Source: an uncultured Bacteroidales bacterium
Lineage (GTDB): Bacteria > Bacteroidota > Bacteroidia > Bacteroidales > JAGOPY01
Length of the DNA stretch: 64,000 nt
Assembly (NCBI GenBank): GCA_964371595.1
Contig: CAYJNJ010000003.1
Span: forward strand, 21,094 to 85,093
Reading direction: 5' to 3'
A program made the translations under genes and the position numbers. The notes under the pieces are model-generated. The model saw nothing but the letters and a program-made list of their open reading frames with translations, was not told where the DNA came from and ran no database searches. Positions 56,287-63,810 of the stretch are shown piece by piece. Position 1 is the stretch's first letter. Each line of letters begins with the position of its first letter.

Positions 56287-56796
56287 TTACATCTGAATGT
56301 TAATTTTTTGTTTTAAGTAATCCATATCTGGTATAAGCTTATCTTCCCAAGTTTCATCAAATGGTTTTTTCAACCAAGCTTTACCGTTAGTGAAAGTCGA
56401 ATTTTCAAAAACTAATAAATAGAATCCTAGATACTTTACCGTATCTTGCTTTCTTAAAATAAGATCTAGGACCCTATATAACTTTTCTTGTCCAGTCCTT
56501 AAACCAGCGTTATGTGTTTTATGATCCAGTAAAAAAAAGTTCTTATTATTTGTTGATAGGAAAGCGAAATCCAAATCACTTATTATCAATCCTGGCTTTT
56601 TCATATCCCTTAAAAGGAATGAAAAATATTCTTCTGCTTCGTGGTTATACCAATAACCTTCTGTTTTCTTTTCCATAATATATTTTTTATCTTTTTCTGT
56701 TAATTCTGATTTATGCTCATTTTGAATATATTTAGTACTTTTCAGTATATCATAATCATCTAAAAATGAGTCTAATTCATTATTTTCCATAGTCAT
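56287..56796 (-). CDS. Putative PD-(D/E)xK / VRR-NUC-like nuclease
   Basis: GLIISDLDFAF...FFLLDHKTHNAGLRTGQEKLYRVLD resembles the D...(D/E)xK...Q core. Overlaps the upstream methyltransferase ORF by 17 nt. Confidence 0.35.
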   Translation of the reverse strand: MTMENNELDSFLDDYDILKSTKYIQNEHKSELTEKDKKYIMEKKTEGYWYNHEAEEYFSFLLRDMKKPGLIISDLDFAFLSTNNKNFFLLDHKTHNAGLRTGQEKLYRVLDLILRKQDTVKYLGFYLLVFENSTFTNGKAWLKKPFDETWEDKLIPDMDYLKQKINIQM

Positions 56797-58039
56797 CTAT
56801 TCTTTTTTTGGAAATCATATAACTATCTTCTTCTAATTCAGCTCCAATACATTTTACTCCATTTATCATACAAGCAATAGCTGTTGTGCCGCCACCAATA
56901 AAAGGATCTACAACTACTTTTGGTTTAAATATTTTAACTATTTCATCAAATACATCAACTGTTTGACCCCATTCATGAAAATCCTTAGTTTCTTCATCTT
57001 TACTTTTAAAAACATCATTAAACCATTCATCTTGTTTGTGTTTATTTCCTTTATAGAAAAATAAAATTGGTTTATGTCCAGCAAATACGTTAACTGAAAA
57101 TACTTGAGATAAACCAGCTCCAGTATGAAGACAAGAGCCTATCCAATACCACTTCATACCACTATCAAGAACCCTATTAATAACTTCAGGAAGATAAGCG
57201 TGACCTGAATAAGCAATTAAGAATCCACCATCTTTAAGTTTCTTTTCAGCAAATTCACCAAGTTCTGACCAACAATTTATATAATCATAAGGATAAGGAG
57301 GATCAGTTAATATTAAATCAACTGAGTTATCTGGTATATCATCTAACACTATATTAAAATCACCTAATCTTAAATCAACTAATTCATTTTTAATAGTAAT
57401 TGATTTAGCATTTTCAATAAACTCTTGTTTAGCAGCTTCTTTCTTTTCAGTTTTAATTTCCTTTTCAGTCTCACCAGCTGTTTTTAAACCAGAAGCAATA
57501 TCAGCTAATTTTTCAGGTGCTTCTTTTTCAATCCTTTTAACTCTCCTAATAATTCCTTCACCTATTCCTAAAAATTCAGCCGCTTCTTTCTGTGAAATTT
57601 GAGCTGCGAGGGTCGGCCCTGGGGGCCCCCCACGTTTATTTTGGTTATGTCCTTTATTTTAATTAGCAATTTTTTTTGCAATTTAAGCCTTGCGGGTTTC
57701 GTTTAAATGCCTTCTTTTTAAGTTTAGTGATATAATCCATTTAAAAATATTAGGTGGATTTACTCTATTAAAAATAGGTTCAATCCCAGCTTTCTTACAA
57801 GCCTTATATCTATTCCTACCATCAATAATTTTTCCTTCATATAAATTAATTGGATTTAATAATCCATTTTCCTTTATATCTTCTACTAATGAATTGAAAT
57901 CATTATCATTCATCATAGGGAAAAAGTTTGCTAAATCGTGAAATTCATAATCAAGTTTTTTAGGTCCAAATATATCTTCCATTGTGACTTGATCAAACCA
58001 ATCTTTTAAATCTTCTATAGTTTCTTCATTTTTTATCAT
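56780..58039 (-). pseudogene. ParB-like nuclease domain - HTH - DPPY DNA methyltransferase fusion frame interrupted by two in-frame TAA codons
   Basis: ORFs 57683..58039 (GKIIDGRNRYKACKKAGIEP, RRHLNE) and 56780..57349 (LILTDPPYPY, VDPFIGGGTT) share one frame. The stretch between them translates to an HTH-like ISQKEAAEFLGIGEGIIRRVKRIEKEAPEKL. TAA stops lie at 57683-57685 and 57659-57661. Confidence 0.65.
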
Positions 58040-58043
58040 TTTC

Positions 58044-58487
58044 TTAGTTATTATTTTTTAATGAAGGATTAGTTTTTTTTATTAAATCCAACATAGCTTC
58101 AGCATTTTCTTTTGTTTTTGATTCAAACCATATCATCCAGGGATGATTAGGCATACAACATATAAAATCATCATATATTTTAGGTTTAGTATTTAGTGGA
58201 CAATTATAACAAGCTGCTTTATTATCATTTTTAGCTAAAAAATAATCACAATATCCACATCTACTAATAAGATGTTTTAATTCTGGTAAAGCATCATTTA
58301 ATCCTTCTATTGATCCATTATTATTTACAATATATTCCCATTTATTTAATACTAATTCATAAGCTTCTTGAAGTGTTGTGATTTCACTTTTATAATCGTC
58401 TTCAGCCCATTTTTCATATCCTACCCATTTTTCGGGAGTATTTTCTATATCTATTTCTTTTTTCTTTTTCTTATTAAACCATTTCAT
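58044..58487 (-). CDS. Cys-rich phage protein (putative metal-binding)
   Basis: CGYCDYF...CYNCPL...ICCMPNHPW. Confidence 0.35.
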   Translation of the reverse strand: MKWFNKKKKKEIDIENTPEKWVGYEKWAEDDYKSEITTLQEAYELVLNKWEYIVNNNGSIEGLNDALPELKHLISRCGYCDYFLAKNDNKAACYNCPLNTKPKIYDDFICCMPNHPWMIWFESKTKENAEAMLDLIKKTNPSLKNNN

Positions 58488-58499
58488 TTTAGTTATTGA

Positions 58500-58754
58500 T
58501 TATTTTTTAATGAAATGCTGATTAAATTCATCAACATCCATATCATATACTTCAGTGTTGTAATCGTTTTTATGCCTTAAATATTTCTTATCTTCTGCTA
58601 TAAAGTATGTTCCATCTACTATATCATAAAAATAAGTTTGACCCTCTATGAATATTATTAAATCTAATATATCAGTATGCTTTCCATCACCTAAATATTT
58701 TATACAGGTAACTGAATAATCATTAATACACATACATTCTTTAGTTTTATTCAT
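58500..58754 (-). CDS. Hypothetical protein
   Basis: ORF in the compact leftward operon. Confidence 0.3.
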   Translation of the reverse strand: MNKTKECMCINDYSVTCIKYLGDGKHTDILDLIIFIEGQTYFYDIVDGTYFIAEDKKYLRHKNDYNTEVYDMDVDEFNQHFIKK

Positions 58755-58762
58755 TTTTCTTA

Positions 58763-59101
58763 TTAATTAATGTTTTTAATAATTTCATCTATTAATTTTG
58801 TTCTTTTTAAGTTTTTATAAAAAGTACTTTCTTCATATAGATTTTTTGCTACACTAAAAGGCATGTTTAAATTATAACCACTTTTATTTGAATCCATAAT
58901 ATATACATATGGTTCATATTCCATATTAAACATTTTTATTATTTTAATATTTTCAGAATTTATACCATATTTTTTAAATAATTCATCTTCATAATAAGAT
59001 TCTAAAAATTGGTCAAAGAAGTAAAACGGACCATCTAATCCTACATTATAATAGTAATCATCATTTTTAATTACTTTCTTTTTTCCTTTAAACCATTTCA
59101 T
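58763..59101 (-). CDS. Hypothetical protein (shares the MKWF-Lys-rich N-terminus with 58044..58487)
   Basis: ORF. The first 14 nt are identical to those of the 58487 gene. Confidence 0.3.
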   Translation of the reverse strand: MKWFKGKKKVIKNDDYYYNVGLDGPFYFFDQFLESYYEDELFKKYGINSENIKIIKMFNMEYEPYVYIMDSNKSGYNLNMPFSVAKNLYEESTFYKNLKRTKLIDEIIKNIN

Positions 59102-59113
59102 TTTTATTTGGGG

Positions 59114-59263
59114 TTATTTTTTTGATTCTTCATCTAGCTTATCAAAGAAATCTGATAATGCCATTTTAATAATGGTGGTATAAGTGAATATACGCTTGGA
59201 TGCCTCGATTTCTAATCTATCTTTTATCCATCCATCTAATTTTATCAAATACTTTTTACTCAT
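59114..59263 (-). CDS. Ribbon-helix-helix (Arc/CopG-like) DNA-binding protein, 49 aa (not in the ORF track)
   Basis: My translation is MSKKYLIKLDGWIKDRLEIEASKRIFTYTTIIKMALSDFFDKLDEESKK. It has the beta-strand, helix, helix pattern of RHH proteins. Confidence 0.45.
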   Translation of the reverse strand: MSKKYLIKLDGWIKDRLEIEASKRIFTYTTIIKMALSDFFDKLDEESKK

Positions 59264-59282
59264 TTTATTTATTGGTTATTTT

Positions 59283-59489
59283 TTATTCACGCCAAGTATC
59301 ATAAATTTCTAATTCAAATTCTTCGTATGATATTTTATTTTCTATATAGGTTATTCTATTAATTATAACATTATTAGTTAAATTATCTTCTTCTTGTTTT
59401 CTAACAAAATCTAATAATTCTTCTAAAGTATTTATTATGATTTTAAAACTACCTGTGGATGTTGAACTATATGTAACATTAAATTCCAT
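59283..59489 (-). CDS. Hypothetical protein, first gene of the leftward operon
   Basis: 68-aa ORF adjacent to the control region. Confidence 0.3.
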   Translation of the reverse strand: MEFNVTYSSTSTGSFKIIINTLEELLDFVRKQEEDNLTNNVIINRITYIENKISYEEFELEIYDTWRE

Positions 59490-59935
59490 TTTATTTATTG
59501 ATTATTTTATATTAAATACACACTTTATATTCCGTATATATTAAATTGTTTTAGCCGAAAAGGTCTTTTTTGGAATTATTTTTAGTTCGGACCCTAATTT
59601 ATATTCAGCCTAAATAGTGTGTGAAATCCTGGCGAAAAATCGCGGGCCACTGGTCCTAAAATTTAAGAGAAAAAAAAGAAAAAAAAAAAGGCCACTGGTC
59701 CACTAGTCCAATAGTCATACAATCATTAAAAACACCTGTAATGTAATAGATATAGATATACTATGATCTGTGTTCCTATTTCGATTCAACGGCACCAAGG
59801 CTTTCCAGAGGGTAAAAAAATAATATAATTTATAATCAGCCTAAATAGTGTATAACTAACTATTATTCAATAATATATATAAATTAAGCTAATATTTTAG
59901 TGAAAAGCCATTTTTAATATATAATATATATTATT
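59490..59935. promoter_or_regulatory. Divergent control region of the prophage with two families of direct repeats and a long A-tract
   Basis: 446-bp non-coding gap between divergent operons. AATTTATA(T/A)TCAGCCTAAATAGTGT occurs at 59596-59620 and 59827-59851. GGCCACTGGTCC occurs at 59645-59656 and 59690-59701. Confidence 0.6.
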
Positions 59936-60160
59936 ATGACATCATCTCCAAATCAACGGGAATATGAAGCTAAAAAAAAGGAGTTAGAAAATGCACCAAA
60001 GTTTAGAAAATATATAATTGAATTAATAGAATATGATGAAGCACTTAAAACAAAATCACAATTAACTTGGGAAACATTTAAACACAGTAAAGCACAGAAA
60101 AAATGGAGAGAAAAGAAACACCAAAAAAATAATGAAGAAAACAATGACACCAGTACTTAG
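59936..60160 (+). CDS. Hypothetical basic protein
   Basis: 74-aa K/E-rich ORF, first gene of the rightward operon. Confidence 0.3.
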   Translation: MTSSPNQREYEAKKKELENAPKFRKYIIELIEYDEALKTKSQLTWETFKHSKAQKKWREKKHQKNNEENNDTST

Positions 60161-60296
60161 AAATTACATAGAAGAGATTGTAAAGATGTTCAATTTCACA
60201 AAGGAACAATGGGAATACTTAGATGGTATAGCCGAAGATCCACTAAAATTATATAAAGAACAAAATCAACAAAATACACCAGAAATCAATGAATAA
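60132..60296 (+). CDS. Hypothetical 54-aa protein (not in the ORF track)
   Basis: My translation begins MKKTMTPVLRNYIEEIVKMFNFTKEQWEYLDGIAEDPLKLYKEQ... Its stop overlaps the next gene's ATG. Confidence 0.3.
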   Translation: MKKTMTPVLRNYIEEIVKMFNFTKEQWEYLDGIAEDPLKLYKEQNQQNTPEINE

Positions 60297-60645
60297 AACA
60301 TATGATATAACCAATAGAATTTATTCTAATGGTTTATTAACTGATGAACTACTTAATAAGTATATTAAACAAAACATATTTGATTGTTTTATAAACCTAG
60401 AAGGAATAAAAATTAATAAAGATCTATTTAAAAAATCGGTTTTTATTATTAAAGGAAAGAAGTTTAATATAATCGAATTATATGAAGTAATTTATTATAC
60501 TCCCGAAGATTATAAAAGCGTGATGCAAATACCTAGAAATCACATAAGGATTAAATTAAAAAAGTACTCATCTCAAACATTAAATAATAATAAATCAAAA
60601 AATATAAAAATAAAATATTTAATATATAATGAAGGAAAATCCTAA
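60289..60645 (+). CDS. Hypothetical protein
   Basis: 118-aa ORF in the operon. Confidence 0.3.
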   Translation: MNKTYDITNRIYSNGLLTDELLNKYIKQNIFDCFINLEGIKINKDLFKKSVFIIKGKKFNIIELYEVIYYTPEDYKSVMQIPRNHIRIKLKKYSSQTLNNNKSKNIKIKYLIYNEGKS

Positions 60646-61276
60646 CTATTACTGGCAACCATATCATCAAACAGCACTACTACAATATATTACTTGTGTA
60701 TCAGCAACCACAAGTGGAATAACACAACATTATTTATTTAATAACATACTATACCAGCCATTATCACATATGGCTAGTCAAGCCTTATATTCAACAGGAG
60801 TACCAATGAGTGATAGTTATAAGGACTATATCAATGATATACTTATACACTTATACACTAAGATACTACCATCCATTGATATAGATAGAGCCTCAACATT
60901 CCTTCATTATGCTTATACATCATGTAGAAACTATATCATAAGTAACATAGTAATGAAGAAGAATAAGTTAGATTACACTGATGTAGATATAGAAGTAGTA
61001 TGTGATGTTAATAGTGATGATAATATAAACTACTGGGAAAAGTATTATGTAGTAAGGAAGGCTATACTATATGGTTTAGATGATATGATTAGAAAGGAAA
61101 AGATATTGAATAAGACTAATACTATATTCCTATTACTATTAAGACAATACTTATTTGATAATAACTTTAATCCAAATGGATTTAAAATATATGTAACTAA
61201 GATAATGAATATAAGGAACTCGACATTCACTGGTGTATGTTCTAGGTTAAGAATATCAACAAAGTTGTTTGAGTGA
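60629..61276 (+). CDS. Phage sigma-factor-like protein (region-2-like)
   Basis: LFNNILYQPLSHMASQAL...DYINDILIHLYTKILPSID..RASTFLHYAYTSCRNYIISNIV follows the ECF/sigma region 2 layout. Confidence 0.35.
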   Translation: MKENPNYYWQPYHQTALLQYITCVSATTSGITQHYLFNNILYQPLSHMASQALYSTGVPMSDSYKDYINDILIHLYTKILPSIDIDRASTFLHYAYTSCRNYIISNIVMKKNKLDYTDVDIEVVCDVNSDDNINYWEKYYVVRKAILYGLDDMIRKEKILNKTNTIFLLLLRQYLFDNNFNPNGFKIYVTKIMNIRNSTFTGVCSRLRISTKLFE

Positions 61277-61416
61277 TGTATTTAATGAATAAATAGTTAG
61301 CAATATATAAGGGGTGTGGGTAGCTAAAACATTAAAATCCCTACATACCCCCCTAACTAAAAGGAATTTACAATTTCTTGGATTCAAGGGGGGAATCAAA
61401 AAAGTAAAATATAAAA

Positions 61417-61683
61417 ATGAAAAAAATAAATTTAACAAAAGCAAAAAAGGATCTACACAACTTAAACGCTGATAATACAAGTTTTGAATTAATTGTAAAT
61501 AATATTCAACAGTATAATGATTTAATAGATAAGTATAATGATAACACAATAGGTCGTGATATTTATTTACTGTATCAACTCAATGGATTGGTTGTTAAAC
61601 AATTATCAGAACTGAAGAAACAAAATAAGAAAACAGGTGAAGATGATTCATTCGATAATTTTATGAATGATATGAAAAAATAA
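61417..61683 (+). CDS. Hypothetical protein; small terminase subunit candidate by position only
   Basis: 88-aa ORF upstream of the large terminase, with an acidic C-terminus (DDSFDNFMNDM). Confidence 0.2.
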   Translation: MKKINLTKAKKDLHNLNADNTSFELIVNNIQQYNDLIDKYNDNTIGRDIYLLYQLNGLVVKQLSELKKQNKKTGEDDSFDNFMNDMKK

Positions 61684-61694
61684 TTATTAAGAAA

Positions 61695-61901
61695 ATGATT
61701 AGAATGGGAAAAATGTTAATGAAAGAAGAATTAGATAAAATTAAATTCATTCCACCAACTGAAGATCAAATAGAAGAATGGTTAAAAAATAGATGGATTG
61801 AAAAAGTTAATGACGATGAAGTAGTGGAAATTATGGAAATAAAAAACTTACCATATTGTATTCTAACTGAATATGGAGTGGAAATGGTAACGAAAAAGTA
61901 A
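61695..61901 (+). CDS. Hypothetical protein
   Basis: ORF only. Confidence 0.25.
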   Translation: MIRMGKMLMKEELDKIKFIPPTEDQIEEWLKNRWIEKVNDDEVVEIMEIKNLPYCILTEYGVEMVTKK

Positions 61902-61910
61902 TTAACTATA

Positions 61911-62150
61911 ATGGAAATTATAAGTGATGAGTTGAAATTACTAACAAAATATTTTATTGAACTTGGTTATAAGTTTGAAAGAATTAATTCATATACAATT
62001 GAACCTAATGGTTTTACAAACTGGTATTTTGAAAGATGGGATAATCAATATGATAGTTTATTTTTTCCAAATTATAAGGATTTTATAAATTGGAAAAGAA
62101 CTTATTTAATAGATAGGATGTTGAAAAAAGAATGTCATGTAGTTGAATAA
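61911..62150 (+). CDS. Hypothetical protein
   Basis: ORF only; overlaps the terminase start by 8 nt. Confidence 0.25.
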   Translation: MEIISDELKLLTKYFIELGYKFERINSYTIEPNGFTNWYFERWDNQYDSLFFPNYKDFINWKRTYLIDRMLKKECHVVE

Positions 62151-63765
62151 TTTAGAAGTAGCAGTTAAATATGCTAATGATGTAATCAATGATATAATTC
62201 CTTCCTGTATTTATGTAAAGCAATCTGCACAACGTTTCTTAAATGATTTAGATAGTGATAGATATTTTTATAATTCAGAAGATGTTGATCACGTTGTTAA
62301 GTTTATAAATAAACTATACTTTACAAAAGAAGGCGAACCAGAACACTTTATTCTTGAGCCTTGGCAAACATTCATAGTTGCTAATATTTATGGTATATGT
62401 AAAAGAAGTAATGAATTTAGAAAGTATAGAAATGCTTATATAGAACTTGCCCGTAAAAATGGAAAATCAGAATTGGTAACAGTATTAGCAGTGTATCATT
62501 TATTATATGATAGTGATTCACAAGTTGTATTATCTGCTAATTCAAGGGATCAAATTAAGATAGTTGATTTTCCGAAAGTAAAACAATTTAGTGAACAGAT
62601 TGATCCAAAACAAAAACGCATAATTCATTATTATAATTCAATCCAATATGGTAGAAATAAATTAATAGTAACTGCTAGTGATCCAAGTAAACTTGATGGA
62701 TTGAATGCTTCATTTTGTTTAATAGATGAGTTACACGAAGCACCAGATAACAAGATGTATAATGTTATGAAATCTTCACAGGGATCAAGATTAGAACCTT
62801 TATTCATGACTATAACAACGGCTGGGTTTGATACTGAAAGTTTTTGTTATAGTATAAGAACCACATGTACAGAAATACTTTCAGGTGAAAAATCAGATGA
62901 AACACAATTTGCTATTATATATACTATTGATCCAGAAGATAAGATAGAAGATAAAGATATATGGTTAAAGGCTAATCCAAATTTAAATGTATCTGTTAGG
63001 TATGATGCTTTAGAAGAAGCAGTAAATAAGGCTGTAAATAATGAAAGTGAAAGAAGTGGTGTAGCTGTAAAGAATTTTAATTGTTGGATGAAAAGTAATA
63101 CAGCTGAAATATGGATTCCAGAAGTTTATATAAATAATTCAATGAAGGAATTATCATTTAATGATGATATGTTTAATGATATTGAATGTATTGTTGGTGT
63201 TGATTTATCATCAGTATCAGATATAACAGCTGTTTCATATATGTTTCCAGTTGATAATGTGTTCTATTTTATCAACGATTATTACATACCAGAATGTTCA
63301 GTATCAACAAACTATAATAGGGAAATGTATAAAGAGAGTGGACAGTTTGGCCATATAAATATAACAGAGGGAAATGTTGTAGATTACAATATAATACTTA
63401 AGGATATTCAAAAAAGAAATGAAATTCATGAAGTAAGATCTATTTATTACGATAAATATAATTCAACTCAATTTGCTATAAATGCTACTGATGTTGGTTT
63501 TTATATGCAACAATTTTCACAATTAGCTGGATCCTTAAATAAACCGTTAAAAGAATTTGAAAGACTTATAAAATCAAATAGAATAATAATACAAAGAAAT
63601 CCTATAACTAAATGGATGTTGAACAATGTTGTATTGAAGATAAATCAGATGGGTAATTATTCAATTGATAAAAGTTCAAAGAATAAAAAGATAGATGGTG
63701 TAGCAGCTATGATTGATTCATTAGGTGGATATATAACATCACCAAATTATTTTAATGTTTGGTAA
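62143..63765 (+). CDS. terL: Phage terminase large subunit (Terminase_1-like)
   Basis: 540 aa with Walker A-like ELARKNGKSE, Walker B-like FCLIDELHE and a C-terminal nuclease-like region (DKYNSTQF...IDGVAAMIDS). Confidence 0.8.
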   Translation: MNNLEVAVKYANDVINDIIPSCIYVKQSAQRFLNDLDSDRYFYNSEDVDHVVKFINKLYFTKEGEPEHFILEPWQTFIVANIYGICKRSNEFRKYRNAYIELARKNGKSELVTVLAVYHLLYDSDSQVVLSANSRDQIKIVDFPKVKQFSEQIDPKQKRIIHYYNSIQYGRNKLIVTASDPSKLDGLNASFCLIDELHEAPDNKMYNVMKSSQGSRLEPLFMTITTAGFDTESFCYSIRTTCTEILSGEKSDETQFAIIYTIDPEDKIEDKDIWLKANPNLNVSVRYDALEEAVNKAVNNESERSGVAVKNFNCWMKSNTAEIWIPEVYINNSMKELSFNDDMFNDIECIVGVDLSSVSDITAVSYMFPVDNVFYFINDYYIPECSVSTNYNREMYKESGQFGHINITEGNVVDYNIILKDIQKRNEIHEVRSIYYDKYNSTQFAINATDVGFYMQQFSQLAGSLNKPLKEFERLIKSNRIIIQRNPITKWMLNNVVLKINQMGNYSIDKSSKNKKIDGVAAMIDSLGGYITSPNYFNVW

Positions 63766-63810
63766 TAAATACATCGAAATAATGTATTTAATAAAAAGTA
63801 ATAAACTTAA

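Noticed and set aside
57659-57685. Stop-codon reassignment (TAA read as sense) in the phage.
   Set aside because: TAA terminates neighbouring phage ORFs at sensible lengths (for example terL at 63763-63765). TAG and TGA are also used as stops, and long genes are intact in the standard code. A pseudogene or a sequence error is more parsimonious.
59765-59800. tRNA 3'-end-like string (TTCGATTCAACGGCACCA) in the prophage control region.
   Set aside because: I could not build a T-arm or acceptor stem from the flanking bases. The element is inserted in comM, not in a tRNA gene.
61300-61400. G/C-rich strings (GGGGTGTGGGTAG ... CTACATACCCCCC, GATTCAAGGGGGGAATC) between the sigma-like gene and the next operon gene, considered as a terminator or regulatory hairpin.
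   Set aside because: When paired by hand the arms are not properly complementary (direct rather than inverted similarity). Only a 5-bp GATTC/GAATC stem remains, which is too weak to call.
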